A program made the translations under genes and the position numbers. Shown here in pieces: positions 30,087-38,967 of a stretch of DNA of 39,582 bases. Each line of letters begins with the position of its first letter. Position 1 is the first letter of the stretch. Below the pieces are notes generated by a model, which was not told the origin of the DNA, ran no database searches, and worked only from the letters and a program-made list of their open reading frames with translations. This DNA comes from Pseudomonadota bacterium (GTDB taxonomy: Bacteria; Pseudomonadota; Alphaproteobacteria; MPNO01; UBA2964), in the NCBI GenBank assembly GCA_027624735.1, contig JAQBTY010000002.1, forward strand, positions 1-39,582. Direction: 5' to 3'.

Positions 30087-31406
30087 TCACAGGATAAACT
30101 TGCTGAGATCGGTGTCCTTGGCGAGATCGCCGACGTTTTTGCGGACAACGCTGGCGTCGATGGTCACCGTTTCGCCGGCGCGGTCGGTTGCGGTAAAGCT
30201 GATATCATCCAGCAGCCGTTCCAATATGGTCTGCAGACGCCGCGCGCCAATATTCTCGACCGAGCTATTGACCTCGGCCGCCACCACGGCGATCTCCGCG
30301 ATGCCGTCATCGGTGAATTCCAGGATCACATCTTCGGTCAACAACAGGGCCTTGTACTGTTTGATCAGGCTGGCTTCCGGTTCGGTCAGGATAGCTTTCA
30401 GATCGTCGACGCTGAGCGCCTTGAGCTCTACCCGGATGGGCAGCCGGCCTTGCAGTTCCGGTAACAGATCCGACGGCTTTGCTATGTGGAATGCCCCTGA
30501 AGCGATAAACAGAATATGGTCGGTTTTTACCGCGCCGTGTTTGGTGGACACTGTCGTGCCCTCGATCAGGGGCAGCAGATCCCGTTGCACGCCTTCACGG
30601 CTGACATCGCCGCCCTGTCTTTCGGACCTGGCGCAGATCTTGTCGATTTCGTCCAGGAAAACAATCCCATTCTGTTCGACCGCTTCGATGGCGTCCCGCA
30701 AAACGGTTTCCTCGTCCAGCAGTTTGTCGCTTTCCTCGGCCACCAGGATGGGATGGGAGTCCAACACCGTCAGGCGGCGGGATTTGGTGCGCCCGCCCAG
30801 CGCCTTGCCGAACATGTCATTGAGATTGAGCATTCCCATCTGGGCGCCGGGCATGCCGGGAATATCGAATGTCGGTAACCCGGCCCCGCTTGCGTCGACC
30901 AATTCAAGCTCGATCTCTTTTTCGTCCAGCTGTCCTTCGCGCAGCATTTTGCGGAATTTCTGCCGTGTATCGTCGCTGGCTTTTTCCCCGACCAGCGCCG
31001 TGACGACCCGCTCCTCCGCGGCCATCTCCGCCTTGGCCGTGACGTCCTTGCGCAGGCGCTCGCGGGTTTCGTGGATGGCGACCTCGATCAGGTCTCTTAT
31101 AATTTGTTCCACATCGCGGCCGACATAGCCGACTTCGGTGAATTTGGTCGCCTCGACCTTGATGAACGGCGCCTGCGCGAGCCGCGCGAGCCGGCGCGCG
31201 ATTTCGGTCTTCCCGACGCCTGTCGGGCCGATCATGAGGATGTTCTTGGGCTGAACCTCCTCACGCAAATCGTCGGGCAGCTGCTGACGCCGCCAGCGAT
31301 TTCTCAGGGCGATAGCGACGGCGCGTTTGGCGTCCCCTTGACCGACAATATAACGGTCGAGTTCGGATACGATTTCGCGGGGGCTGAAACTAGTGGTCTC
31401 CATCAT
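30087..31406 (-). CDS. hslU: ATP-dependent protease ATPase subunit HslU
   Basis: [17 protein letters not shown] and Walker [16 protein letters not shown]. Start trimmed to ATG 31406 or 31403 ([13 protein letters not shown]). The track ORF (516 aa) runs on through the palindromic spacer. Confidence 0.95.
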   Translation of the reverse strand: MMETTSFSPREIVSELDRYIVGQGDAKRAVAIALRNRWRRQQLPDDLREEVQPKNILMIGPTGVGKTEIARRLARLAQAPFIKVEATKFTEVGYVGRDVEQIIRDLIEVAIHETRERLRKDVTAKAEMAAEERVVTALVGEKASDDTRQKFRKMLREGQLDEKEIELELVDASGAGLPTFDIPGMPGAQMGMLNLNDMFGKALGGRTKSRRLTVLDSHPILVAEESDKLLDEETVLRDAIEAVEQNGIVFLDEIDKICARSERQGGDVSREGVQRDLLPLIEGTTVSTKHGAVKTDHILFIASGAFHIAKPSDLLPELQGRLPIRVELKALSVDDLKAILTEPEASLIKQYKALLLTEDVILEFTDDGIAEIAVVAAEVNSSVENIGARRLQTILERLLDDISFTATDRAGETVTIDASVVRKNVGDLAKDTDLSKFIL

Positions 31407-31660
31407 CTCAATTGCACCCCTACGATCGCTTTTCCGGTTTCCTCGGCAGGAGGGAGGGCGCGGGCGATGCTTGCGCATCGGCAAGCTCTTCCGACGCCCC
31501 GAGGGAGCGGGAACAGCGACCCGAAGGGCGGCGTTGCGAGGCTTCCGGACGTCGTCGCGCGCCGCTTGTGGTGGGTTGACACCATGGCGCGACGCGCTCC
31601 TAGCCAGAAACCTCGCAACGCCGTCGTAGGCGTGCAATTGAGATGATGGAGACCACTAGT
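31389..31660. repeat. Palindromic structured element (MITE/RIME-like) between hslV and hslU
   Basis: Perfect 29-bp terminal inverted repeat ACTAGTGGTCTCCATCATCTCAATTGCAC (31389-31417 vs 31632-31660), plus 7 more bp after one mismatch. Internal dyads at 31529-31548/31604-31623 and 31465-31480. Confidence 0.85.
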
Positions 31661-32216
31661 CACGGGTTGCCAGACTTTCGATCGTAAGGTTGGTGTTTGT
31701 GTAAACGCAGATACCGGCCGCGATTCCCATTGCTTTACGCGCTATTGCCTCTGCGTCAAGCCCGTCGATGTCCAGCAGCGCCCGGGCGGCGGCAAGGGCA
31801 AAGGATCCGCCCGACCCAATGCCGATCAGCCCTTCATCGGGTTCCAGCACATCGCCGGTCCCGGTGAGGACCAGCGACACGTCGCAATCGGCGACCGCCA
31901 TCATCGCCTCAAGCCGCCGGAGGTAGCGGTCGGTCCGCCAGTCCTTGGCCAATTCGACACAGGCGCGGGTGAGCTGGCCGGGGTGCTGCTCCAGCTTGCC
32001 TTCAAGCCGTTCCAACAGCGTAAAAGCGTCGGCGGTCGCGCCGGCAAAGCCGGCGATCACCGAGCCGTCGCCAAGCGGCCGGACTTTTCTGGCGCTCGCC
32101 TTGATGACAGTTGCGCCCAGTGTCACTTGGCCATCGCCGGCCATGACGACCCTGTTTCCCTTGCGTACCGACAGAATTGTCGTTCCATGCCACCTGTCGT
32201 GGTCCATGCTTGTCAT
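31656..32216 (-). CDS. hslV: ATP-dependent protease subunit HslV
   Basis: [24 protein letters not shown] (catalytic Thr region). Start trimmed to ATG 32216 (or 32207). Confidence 0.93.
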   Translation of the reverse strand: MTSMDHDRWHGTTILSVRKGNRVVMAGDGQVTLGATVIKASARKVRPLGDGSVIAGFAGATADAFTLLERLEGKLEQHPGQLTRACVELAKDWRTDRYLRRLEAMMAVADCDVSLVLTGTGDVLEPDEGLIGIGSGGSFALAAARALLDIDGLDAEAIARKAMGIAAGICVYTNTNLTIESLATRD

Positions 32217-32252
32217 ATCCTGCCCGTTGTTGCTCTGGTTGTCTGAAATCGA

Positions 32253-32275
32253 TGCGCCCCTAGGATGGGGGCGCA
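32253..32275 (-). terminator. GC-rich hairpin between the FHA gene and hslV (possible terminator or attenuator)
   Basis: The minus strand reads TGCGCCCC-CATCCTA-GGGGCGCA followed by UCGAUUUCAG. This is an 8-bp stem with a weak U-tract, 24 nt after the FHA-gene stop. Confidence 0.35.
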
Positions 32276-32298
32276 AACCGGGATCGGTCAAGGGTGGA

Positions 32299-33078
32299 TC
32301 ATGTACCAGGCAATGCCGGCACGATACAGGTAAACCGGAACGGTGACTCGGCATCGCCGGCGATAATCTCGTTCTCGCCCGGATCAAGCAGAATTTTCAG
32401 GCCGCCACCACCGACCGTGAGCGGTATACCATTAACGATCGTGCCATGAAAACTCCGGTAATCACGGACAATGAACAGACCGTCTTCCCGGTCGATGGCA
32501 AGATGGCGCCGCGACAGGCGAAACGGTTGGCGGTCCTGCAGTATCAAGCCCGCCGGCCCATCGATAGGTCCGTCCAAGTCATCGTTTTTATTTTCGCTTT
32601 TGCGTCCGATAAAAAAGGGAAAGCGGTCAATTGTAAGCGGCGCATCGCCCATCTGATCGATGACCGACTGGTCCAGCGGGATGAGCTGTACCGAGCGGGG
32701 CCCGACCATAGGGAGGGCATCTTTATCGCTATAGTTGGCGCGCGAGATCGTCGAAAGCAAGGAAGCAACCATCGCGTCCGCGGCGTCGGGCCTTTCAATC
32801 ATCTCGTTCACTATTGCTTCGGGCAAGTGAGACGCTATGGCCGTATCGCCATGGGCGCGCGCGGTTGTCGCGCGGACCGTTCCCGCCAACACTTCGGCCG
32901 CGCCAAATACGCCGCCAGGTCCAATAAGCTGCTCACGGATGGCGCCGCCGATATTGGGCCGGCGCAGGACGACAAAGCCCGAGATGACGGAAAATATCGC
33001 CTCGGCTCGATCGCCGACGCTGTAGATTAGCTCGCGGTCGCTGAAAAGAGTTACTTGCATAATCAACGGTACCGCCAC
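32299..33078 (-). CDS. Cyclic-nucleotide-binding-like domain / FHA domain fusion protein
   Basis: The N-terminal half has a cNMP phosphate-binding-cassette-like segment ([19 protein letters not shown]). The C-terminal half has an FHA signature (FFIGR...[25 protein letters not shown]). GTG start. Confidence 0.7.
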   Translation of the reverse strand: MAVPLIMQVTLFSDRELIYSVGDRAEAIFSVISGFVVLRRPNIGGAIREQLIGPGGVFGAAEVLAGTVRATTARAHGDTAIASHLPEAIVNEMIERPDAADAMVASLLSTISRANYSDKDALPMVGPRSVQLIPLDQSVIDQMGDAPLTIDRFPFFIGRKSENKNDDLDGPIDGPAGLILQDRQPFRLSRRHLAIDREDGLFIVRDYRSFHGTIVNGIPLTVGGGGLKILLDPGENEIIAGDAESPFRFTCIVPALPGT

Positions 33079-33248
33079 ATTTCGTGGACCATATCCTATT
33101 ATCTTCCATATGTAGCGAGCCCCACCGCTTGAAAATCCTTGGTCCTCGGCGGTTTCGCTGCAACTAATGATATAGGGAGTGTCTTGAAAGCTGGTGAATC
33201 CCCGCAGGCCCTGTTAAAAGGGCGCCGCCAGAGATAAAGGAGCGCGCC

Positions 33249-33854
33249 ATGCGCGAGGCTACTGTTACCCGCAATACCAAAGAAACATCCATTGACGTGC
33301 GGCTAAACCTTGATGGGAGCGGCATCTATGACGTCAAGACCGGCATCGGTTTTCTGGATCACATGCTCGAGCAGCTCTCGCGACACAGCCTGATGGATCT
33401 TCGCGTGCGGGCAAAGGGCGATCTGCACATCGATTTTCATCATACGACGGAAGATACCGGCATTGCCATCGGCGAGGCGTTTTTCAAAGCGCTCGGTGAC
33501 CGGGTCGGTATCACGCGTTATGGCGCCGCCTATATTCCGATGGATGAGACGCTGACGCGCGTTGCACTCGACATATCCGCTCGGCCCTATCTGGTCTGGC
33601 GGGTCCAGTTTTCCAAGCCGAAGCTCGGTGATATGGATACGGAGCTGTTCAAGGAGTGGTTCCACGCCTTTGCACAGGCGGCTGGCATCACCCTTCATAT
33701 CGAAACGCTCTATGGTGAGAATAACCATCACATCGTTGAATCATGCTTCAAGGGTCTAGCCCGTGCGTTGCGGGCAGCAACCGCAATCGATTCGCGCGCC
33801 GCTGACGCCGTGCCGTCTACCAAGGGCACGATCGGTGGCGTCCCTTCAACCTGA
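33249..33854 (+). CDS. hisB: Imidazoleglycerol-phosphate dehydratase
   Basis: [24 protein letters not shown] and NNHHIVES motifs. Confidence 0.95.
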   Translation: MREATVTRNTKETSIDVRLNLDGSGIYDVKTGIGFLDHMLEQLSRHSLMDLRVRAKGDLHIDFHHTTEDTGIAIGEAFFKALGDRVGITRYGAAYIPMDETLTRVALDISARPYLVWRVQFSKPKLGDMDTELFKEWFHAFAQAAGITLHIETLYGENNHHIVESCFKGLARALRAATAIDSRAADAVPSTKGTIGGVPST

Positions 33855-33881
33855 TGTCCTGAACGTTTGATCGGATAGTCC

Positions 33882-34277
33882 GTGCGCGTTTACACCTTAC
33901 ATCATCCGACTGGCGCAGATGTGCTGCAGGAGGATCCCGTTCTGGTCAGGGAGGGATTCAACTGGTATGCGGCCGTTTTTACCGGCCTGTGGGCATTGTG
34001 GGCTGGGATGTGGCTGGTTGCCCTCCTCCTGTTCGCCGCCGCCGCCGCTCTCTTGATAGGGTTGGAGCTTGCCGGGGCAGAACGATCGGTAGAGTTGGCG
34101 GCGGGTATCGGGTTTTCCGCGATCGTCGGGTTTTGCGCCAACGACTGGCGGCGCGCCAAGCTCCACCGGCGGGGCTATCGTTTACAGGGCGTCGTGGCGG
34201 CGACCAATATGGACAGCGCGCGGCGCCGGTGGTTCGACTTGCATCCGCCAGGCGGCATTGCCGGCGTGGGTTTCTAA
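33882..34277 (+). CDS. DUF2628-like small membrane protein
   Basis: 131 aa with two hydrophobic helices and the motif GFNWYAAVFTGLWALW. It sits between hisB and hisH, as commonly seen in alphaproteobacteria. GTG start. Confidence 0.65.
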   Translation: MRVYTLHHPTGADVLQEDPVLVREGFNWYAAVFTGLWALWAGMWLVALLLFAAAAALLIGLELAGAERSVELAAGIGFSAIVGFCANDWRRAKLHRRGYRLQGVVAATNMDSARRRWFDLHPPGGIAGVGF

Positions 34278-34293
34278 CGGGTAGTTGAGTCTC

Positions 34294-34938
34294 ATGAACG
34301 TCGTGGTCATCGATTACGGATCAGGCAATTTGCGCTCTGTCGCGAAGGCGCTTGAACGCGCCGCGGCCGAGAGCGATGGCGCTGCCGATATACGTGTCAC
34401 GGATGATGCGGACATTGTGCGGCGCGCCGATCGAATAGTTCTTCCCGGAGTTGGCGCGTTCGGCGATTGCCTGGCCGGATTGAATGGATTGCCCGGCATG
34501 CGTGAGGCCCTGACCGAAGCGGTGCTTCAGGAGGCGCGCCCCTTTCTCGGGATCTGCGTTGGGATGCAGCTTCTGGCGGACTGTAGCCTGGAACATGGCA
34601 GGCATGAGGGGCTTGGCTGGATCGGGGGCGAGGTTACAGCGCTTGACCCGGTCGACAAGTCACTCAAGATACCCCATATGGGTTGGAATGAGCTTACCGT
34701 CACCGCTGGTCGGCATCCGGTTCTCGCCGGCGTGCCGACGGGCGCACACGCCTATTTTGTCCATAGCTTCGCGTTCCGGTGCGGGTCCGATGATACGTTG
34801 ATGGCGTCGGTCGAGTACGGCGGGCGGCTAGCGGCGATGGTAGGCCGCGACAATATCGTCGGCACGCAGTTTCATCCGGAGAAAAGCCAGGAAACCGGGT
34901 TGCGGTTGCTACGTAATTTTTTACGCTGGCGCCCCTGA
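34294..34938 (+). CDS. hisH: Imidazole glycerol phosphate synthase, glutamine amidotransferase subunit
   Basis: VIDYGSGNLRSV, the catalytic Cys in GICVGMQLL, and FHPEKS. ATG 34294 is preferred over TTG 34285. Confidence 0.94.
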   Translation: MNVVVIDYGSGNLRSVAKALERAAAESDGAADIRVTDDADIVRRADRIVLPGVGAFGDCLAGLNGLPGMREALTEAVLQEARPFLGICVGMQLLADCSLEHGRHEGLGWIGGEVTALDPVDKSLKIPHMGWNELTVTAGRHPVLAGVPTGAHAYFVHSFAFRCGSDDTLMASVEYGGRLAAMVGRDNIVGTQFHPEKSQETGLRLLRNFLRWRP

Positions 34939-34965
34939 AGCGATACAGCCGAGGTTGATGAAGTC

Positions 34966-35514
34966 ATGCCCGTAGTCACTGTCGAACTTGTAGATAGCCT
35001 TTCTGACCAAGATCTTGCAGAGCTTTGTGATGCGGCCGAGGTCGCCATTCTCGATGGCGGCGGATTTGGTTGGTTGGCGCCGCCGCCGCGCGAAGCCATG
35101 GAGCGTTTCTGGCGCGGCGTTCTGGTGGTGCCCGAACGGTCGCTCATTATTGGCCGTCTCGATGGGCGCGTTGGCGGTTCCGCTCAGGTGGTCCAGGCGC
35201 CGCGCAATAATGAAGCGCAGGCGGCGATAGCCTCGATCACCACGAACTTCGTTGCCCCCTGGGCCCGCGGCCACGGTATGGCGCGCAACCTGACCGTCGC
35301 CTGCGAAGACGCTGCCCGCGCCAAGGGGTTTCGGTTTATCAATCTTGATGTTCGTGAGACCCAGGAAGCCGCCATTCAACTTTATGAATCATTGGGCTAT
35401 GAACGGTGGGGAGCCAATCCGAACTATGCGTTTGTCAACGGGCGGGCGGTTAGCGGATTTTATTACACAAAAAAATTACGCGGCCGCGGTAAATCCCGGT
35501 CCGAGAAATCATGA
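34966..35514 (+). CDS. GNAT family N-acetyltransferase
   Basis: Acetyl-CoA-binding-type motif VAPWARGHGMARNL and C-terminal LYESLGYE. ATGA overlap with hisA. Confidence 0.75.
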   Translation: MPVVTVELVDSLSDQDLAELCDAAEVAILDGGGFGWLAPPPREAMERFWRGVLVVPERSLIIGRLDGRVGGSAQVVQAPRNNEAQAAIASITTNFVAPWARGHGMARNLTVACEDAARAKGFRFINLDVRETQEAAIQLYESLGYERWGANPNYAFVNGRAVSGFYYTKKLRGRGKSRSEKS

Positions 35515-36236
35515 TTATATACCCGGCGATCGATCTGAAAGACGGTGTTTGTGTGCGCCTGCTGCGGGGCGACATGGACCGCGCCACCATTTTCAACACC
35601 GATCCGGCCCGTCAGGCGCTCGACTTTCAGGAATCCGGTTTTCAGTGGCTTCACCTGGTGGACCTGAATGGCGCCATAGAAGGCCGGTCGATCAATACCG
35701 ATGTGGTGACGAACGTGATTCAGTCGGTCGATATACCGGTCCAGCTCGGCGGCGGGATACGCACCATGAAAGCGCTGGAGCACTGGTTTTCCACCGGCGT
35801 CAGCCGTGCGGTCCTGGGGACCGCGGCGCTGGCCGATCCGGACTTCGTTCAGGCGGCCTGCCGGGAATTCGAGGGCAGGGTCGTGGTGGCGATCGATGCG
35901 CGTGATGGCCGCGTGGCCATCGATGGATGGACCAAGGATTCGGGCGTGCGCGTCCTCGATCTGGCGCTGCGGTTCGAAGATTGCGGCGCGGCCGCCATCC
36001 TCTATACCGACATCAACCGCGACGGCGCGATGAATGGCGTTAATGTGGATGCGACGGTGGACCTTGCCTTCGCCGTGACCACGCCGGTTATTGCGTCGGG
36101 CGGCGTGTCTTCGTTGCGGGATCTCCGCGAATTGAAGGATCACGAGGATGTCGGCATCAACGGCGTCATCATCGGGCGCGCGCTTTATGACGGGCGGATC
36201 GATCCGGTCGCGGCGATCAAGGCGGCGGCGGGCTGA
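35511..36236 (+). CDS. hisA: ProFAR isomerase
   Basis: [18 protein letters not shown] and ASGGVSS motifs. Confidence 0.94.
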   Translation: MIIYPAIDLKDGVCVRLLRGDMDRATIFNTDPARQALDFQESGFQWLHLVDLNGAIEGRSINTDVVTNVIQSVDIPVQLGGGIRTMKALEHWFSTGVSRAVLGTAALADPDFVQAACREFEGRVVVAIDARDGRVAIDGWTKDSGVRVLDLALRFEDCGAAAILYTDINRDGAMNGVNVDATVDLAFAVTTPVIASGGVSSLRDLRELKDHEDVGINGVIIGRALYDGRIDPVAAIKAAAG

Positions 36237-36240
36237 TCGA

Positions 36241-37005
36241 ATGCTGAAGATGCGTATTATCCCCTGCCTGGACGTCAAGGATGGACGTACCGTCAAAGGC
36301 GTGAATTTTGTCGATCTGATCGATGCGGGCGATCCGGTCGAGCAGGCCAAGATCTACGATGCGTCTGGCGCCGACGAGCTGTGTTTTCTCGACATCACCG
36401 CGTCCGTTGAGAAGCGGGACACTTTGCTCGACGTGGTGGCGCGCACGGCCGAACAGTGTTTTATGCCGCTCACCGTCGGCGGCGGGGTTCGCACCGTCGA
36501 CGACATCCGGACCTTGCTGAAGGCCGGCGCCGACAAGGTTTCCATCAACACCGCCGCGGTGCATCGGCCGGACTTTGTCCGCGAGGCGGCGGAAAAATTC
36601 GGCACCCAATGCATCGTGGTCGCGATCGACGCCAAGACGACGGGTCCCGGGAAATGGGAAATCTTCACCCATGGCGGCCGCGACGCAACCGGGCTCGAGG
36701 CGGTGGCCTGGGCGCGGAAAATGGAATTGCTCGGCGCCGGCGAAATATTGCTGACCTCGATGGACCGGGATGGAACGCGCGCCGGGTTTGACGTTGCGCT
36801 AACGGCCGCGGTCGCGGACGCTATCCGGATCCCGGTAATCGCCTCGGGCGGGGTAGGCACGCTCGATCATCTGGTCGACGGTGTGCGTCAGGGCCACGCC
36901 ACCGCGGTACTGGCGGCCTCTATCTTTCATTTCGGCGAATTCACCATCGCGGAAGCCAAGGCTCACATGGCGGCGGCGGGGATCCCGGTGCGCCCGGTCG
37001 CGTGA
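36241..37005 (+). CDS. hisF: Imidazole glycerol phosphate synthase, cyclase subunit
   Basis: [20 protein letters not shown] and ASGGVG motifs. Start trimmed to ATG 36241. Confidence 0.95.
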   Translation: MLKMRIIPCLDVKDGRTVKGVNFVDLIDAGDPVEQAKIYDASGADELCFLDITASVEKRDTLLDVVARTAEQCFMPLTVGGGVRTVDDIRTLLKAGADKVSINTAAVHRPDFVREAAEKFGTQCIVVAIDAKTTGPGKWEIFTHGGRDATGLEAVAWARKMELLGAGEILLTSMDRDGTRAGFDVALTAAVADAIRIPVIASGGVGTLDHLVDGVRQGHATAVLAASIFHFGEFTIAEAKAHMAAAGIPVRPVA

Positions 37006-37061
37006 CAGGCGCCTGGTATTCTGTTAATCGGGCCGGAACGAAATCATGATGGGTCCGGTCG

Positions 37062-37400
37062 ATGACCGATGAAATTGGCGACAGCGAAATCCTGCAGCGG
37101 CTCTATGCCGTCATCCAGGCGCGCAAGGGCGACGATCCCAAGGCATCCTATACAGCGCAGCTGTTCGCCGACGGCCTGCCCAGGATCGCACAAAAATTTG
37201 GCGAGGAGGCGGTGGAGACGGTGATCGCCGGCGCTTCCGGCGATGCCGCCGGAACCGTGCTGGAAAGCGCTGATCTTCTATACCATCTGCTGGTGTTATG
37301 GGCGCAGCTCGGGATCACGCCGGATGATGTTTGGGCGGAGCTGAGCCGGCGCGAAGGCGCCTCGGGCCTTGCCGAAAAAGCGGCGCGAAAAAAATCCTGA
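37062..37400 (+). CDS. hisE: Phosphoribosyl-ATP pyrophosphatase
   Basis: SYTAQLF, KFGEEAVE and ADLLYHLLVLW motifs. Confidence 0.9.
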   Translation: MTDEIGDSEILQRLYAVIQARKGDDPKASYTAQLFADGLPRIAQKFGEEAVETVIAGASGDAAGTVLESADLLYHLLVLWAQLGITPDDVWAELSRREGASGLAEKAARKKS

Positions 37401-37412
37401 TCGGAGGCATCC

Positions 37413-37808
37413 ATGACCGGATATGACGACAATAATATCTTTGCCCGCATCCTGCGTGGCGAGCTGCCGTGCGGCAAAGTGCACGAGACCGACTACGCCC
37501 TCGCCTTTCACGATATCAACCCGCAGGCGCCGGTCCACGTGCTGGTGATCCCCAAAGGCAAGTTCGTGTCGATGGATGATTTTTGCCGCAACGCCAGCGC
37601 GGAGGAGATCGCCGGCCTTTGGCGCGCGGTGGGCGAGGTGGCGCGGACCCTCGGGCTGGTGGAAGGCGGCTACCGGATATTGGCGAATCATGGCGGCCAT
37701 GCCCATCAGGAAGTACCCCACCTGCACATCCATATACTTGGCGGCCGGCCGCTCGGCCCCATGCTGGAAGGCGGCGACGTACCGCCCGACGGCACTTTCA
37801 CCCGTTAA
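37413..37808 (+). CDS. HIT (histidine triad) family protein
   Basis: HVLVIPK and the histidine triad HLHIHILGG. Confidence 0.9.
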   Translation: MTGYDDNNIFARILRGELPCGKVHETDYALAFHDINPQAPVHVLVIPKGKFVSMDDFCRNASAEEIAGLWRAVGEVARTLGLVEGGYRILANHGGHAHQEVPHLHIHILGGRPLGPMLEGGDVPPDGTFTR

Positions 37809-37865
37809 GCATATCCTTCAAGCGAAGCTTAAAGGTTATGTGTTGAAATAGGTTCTCTGACAAAG

Positions 37866-37895
37866 GCAAACCCGGCCGAAAGGCGGGCGCGCTAA
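37866..37895 (-). terminator. Possible minus-strand intrinsic terminator
   Basis: The minus strand reads GCCCGCC-UUUC-GGCCGGG (6 bp plus one bulged C) followed by UUUGCCUUUG. It lies about 310 nt downstream of the AMDase-like gene stop. Confidence 0.3.
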
Positions 37896-38204
37896 GTTAC
37901 CGGTCTACCAGCATTAGCTCACGACAGCGGGACTACCAGATGCAAAAAGCCCATCCTATCCTTTCGTTCGCCCAACGGTCGGCGCTCCGTAAAGCGTCAC
38001 GCGCCGGCCGTTTCGCCAAGCGCTGGCATCTGTCGCGCCCGCTCCCGGCCCGGCCGCAACCCCTCAACGCCACCGCGTGGTTCAGGCTCAAAACGCCGAA
38101 CGGGGGCAAGACGAGCTGAGCGAAAACAGGCGGTCTGGGGGCGGAAAGGCCGTGTTTTGAAAAACAACCCCATGCAATACCGGTTTTTCTCCTGAAAAGG
38201 AGGA

Positions 38205-38945
38205 TTAGTGCTCGCGCAGCAGCCTGCCGTACCCACCGATACGATCCTCTATCCCGCATTTGCGCAGGCCCTCCCAGGCGATGGCCTGGAGCGATGTCAC
38301 CACGTTGATTCCAAGCTCGCGCTCCAGCGGCTCGATGGCGTGGGTAACCGCCCAGTGCGGGCAGGAATAGAGCAGCGTATCGATATCCGGATTTTCCTCG
38401 ACCAGTTCACGGCCCAGCCGGAGCGCCGCGTCCGCCGGGATGCGGTTGTAATCCTCGAAAATGGCGCCGGCCGATTTAATGCCCAGCGTCTCGAGCCCGT
38501 CATCGCGCATTTGCGCATCGTGCGACGCGTCGCGTTTCGGGCTGGATGGATGCACCACGCCGATCTTGCTCGCCCCCACGGCCGCAAGCGCGTTCGATTG
38601 CGCCGTGGCGGATGAGCTGACCGGCACCCCGATCTCGTCGGCTATTGCCTGCAAGGCCGCATCCAGCGCCGCCCGTCCACGCGAAAGGTTGGTCGGCGCG
38701 CCGCCCAATATAACCAGATCGGCGCCCGCGCGGGCAAAGGACGAAGCCGCCGCTTTGGCCTCCACATGGATGCGTTCCATATTCCGCGGCGCGTGCGACG
38801 TCACCTGCTGCGTCAGGATCTGCAGCAGCACCCCGTCCGGCACGATGTCATAAAAAATCTTGGGGAAAATCTCGGTGACATAAGCCACTGAGGTATAGCC
38901 GATCCGCGCGCGAAGGGTCATGGGGTGGGTCTCCTGCGAAGCCAA
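38205..38945 (-). CDS. Asp/Glu racemase superfamily protein, arylmalonate decarboxylase / maleate isomerase-like
   Basis: GADLVILGGAPTNLSRG, LLYSCPHWAV and the C-terminal GYGRLLRE resemble the AMDase family as I remember it. The start may be ATG 38921 (MTLRARIGY). Confidence 0.7.
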   Translation of the reverse strand: MASQETHPMTLRARIGYTSVAYVTEIFPKIFYDIVPDGVLLQILTQQVTSHAPRNMERIHVEAKAAASSFARAGADLVILGGAPTNLSRGRAALDAALQAIADEIGVPVSSSATAQSNALAAVGASKIGVVHPSSPKRDASHDAQMRDDGLETLGIKSAGAIFEDYNRIPADAALRLGRELVEENPDIDTLLYSCPHWAVTHAIEPLERELGINVVTSLQAIAWEGLRKCGIEDRIGGYGRLLREH

Positions 38946-38967
38946 TGTTTTGTCTTCTAAAGCAGCC

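Noticed and set aside
31407-31637. N-terminal extension of the hslU track ORF (516 aa). Comparable 5' extensions occur for hslV (to 32387), mnmE (to 10853), hisF (from 36148), ogt (from 12645), lptE (from 3343), dnaQ (from 21718) and secB (to 23084).
   Set aside because: The extensions are unconserved-looking and Arg/Pro-rich, and they overlap neighbouring genes or the palindromic spacer. Internal ATGs give N-termini that match the conserved family starts.
37933-38259. 108-aa minus-strand ORF in the 396-bp spacer, overlapping the AMDase-like gene 3' end.
   Set aside because: The peptide is low-complexity Arg/Ala/Pro-rich, the ORF overlaps the end of a real gene in another frame, and there is no Shine-Dalgarno sequence. 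I treat the spacer as non-coding.
38208-38615. 135-aa plus-strand ORF starting at GTG just after a perfect AAGGAGGA, antisense to the AMDase-like gene.
   Set aside because: The SD-to-GTG spacing is only about 4 nt, and the product is Arg-rich and featureless. It lies entirely antisense to a gene with clear family motifs. The AAGGAGG is also part of a small dyad (CTCCT-gaaa-AGGAG) at the gene's 3' end.
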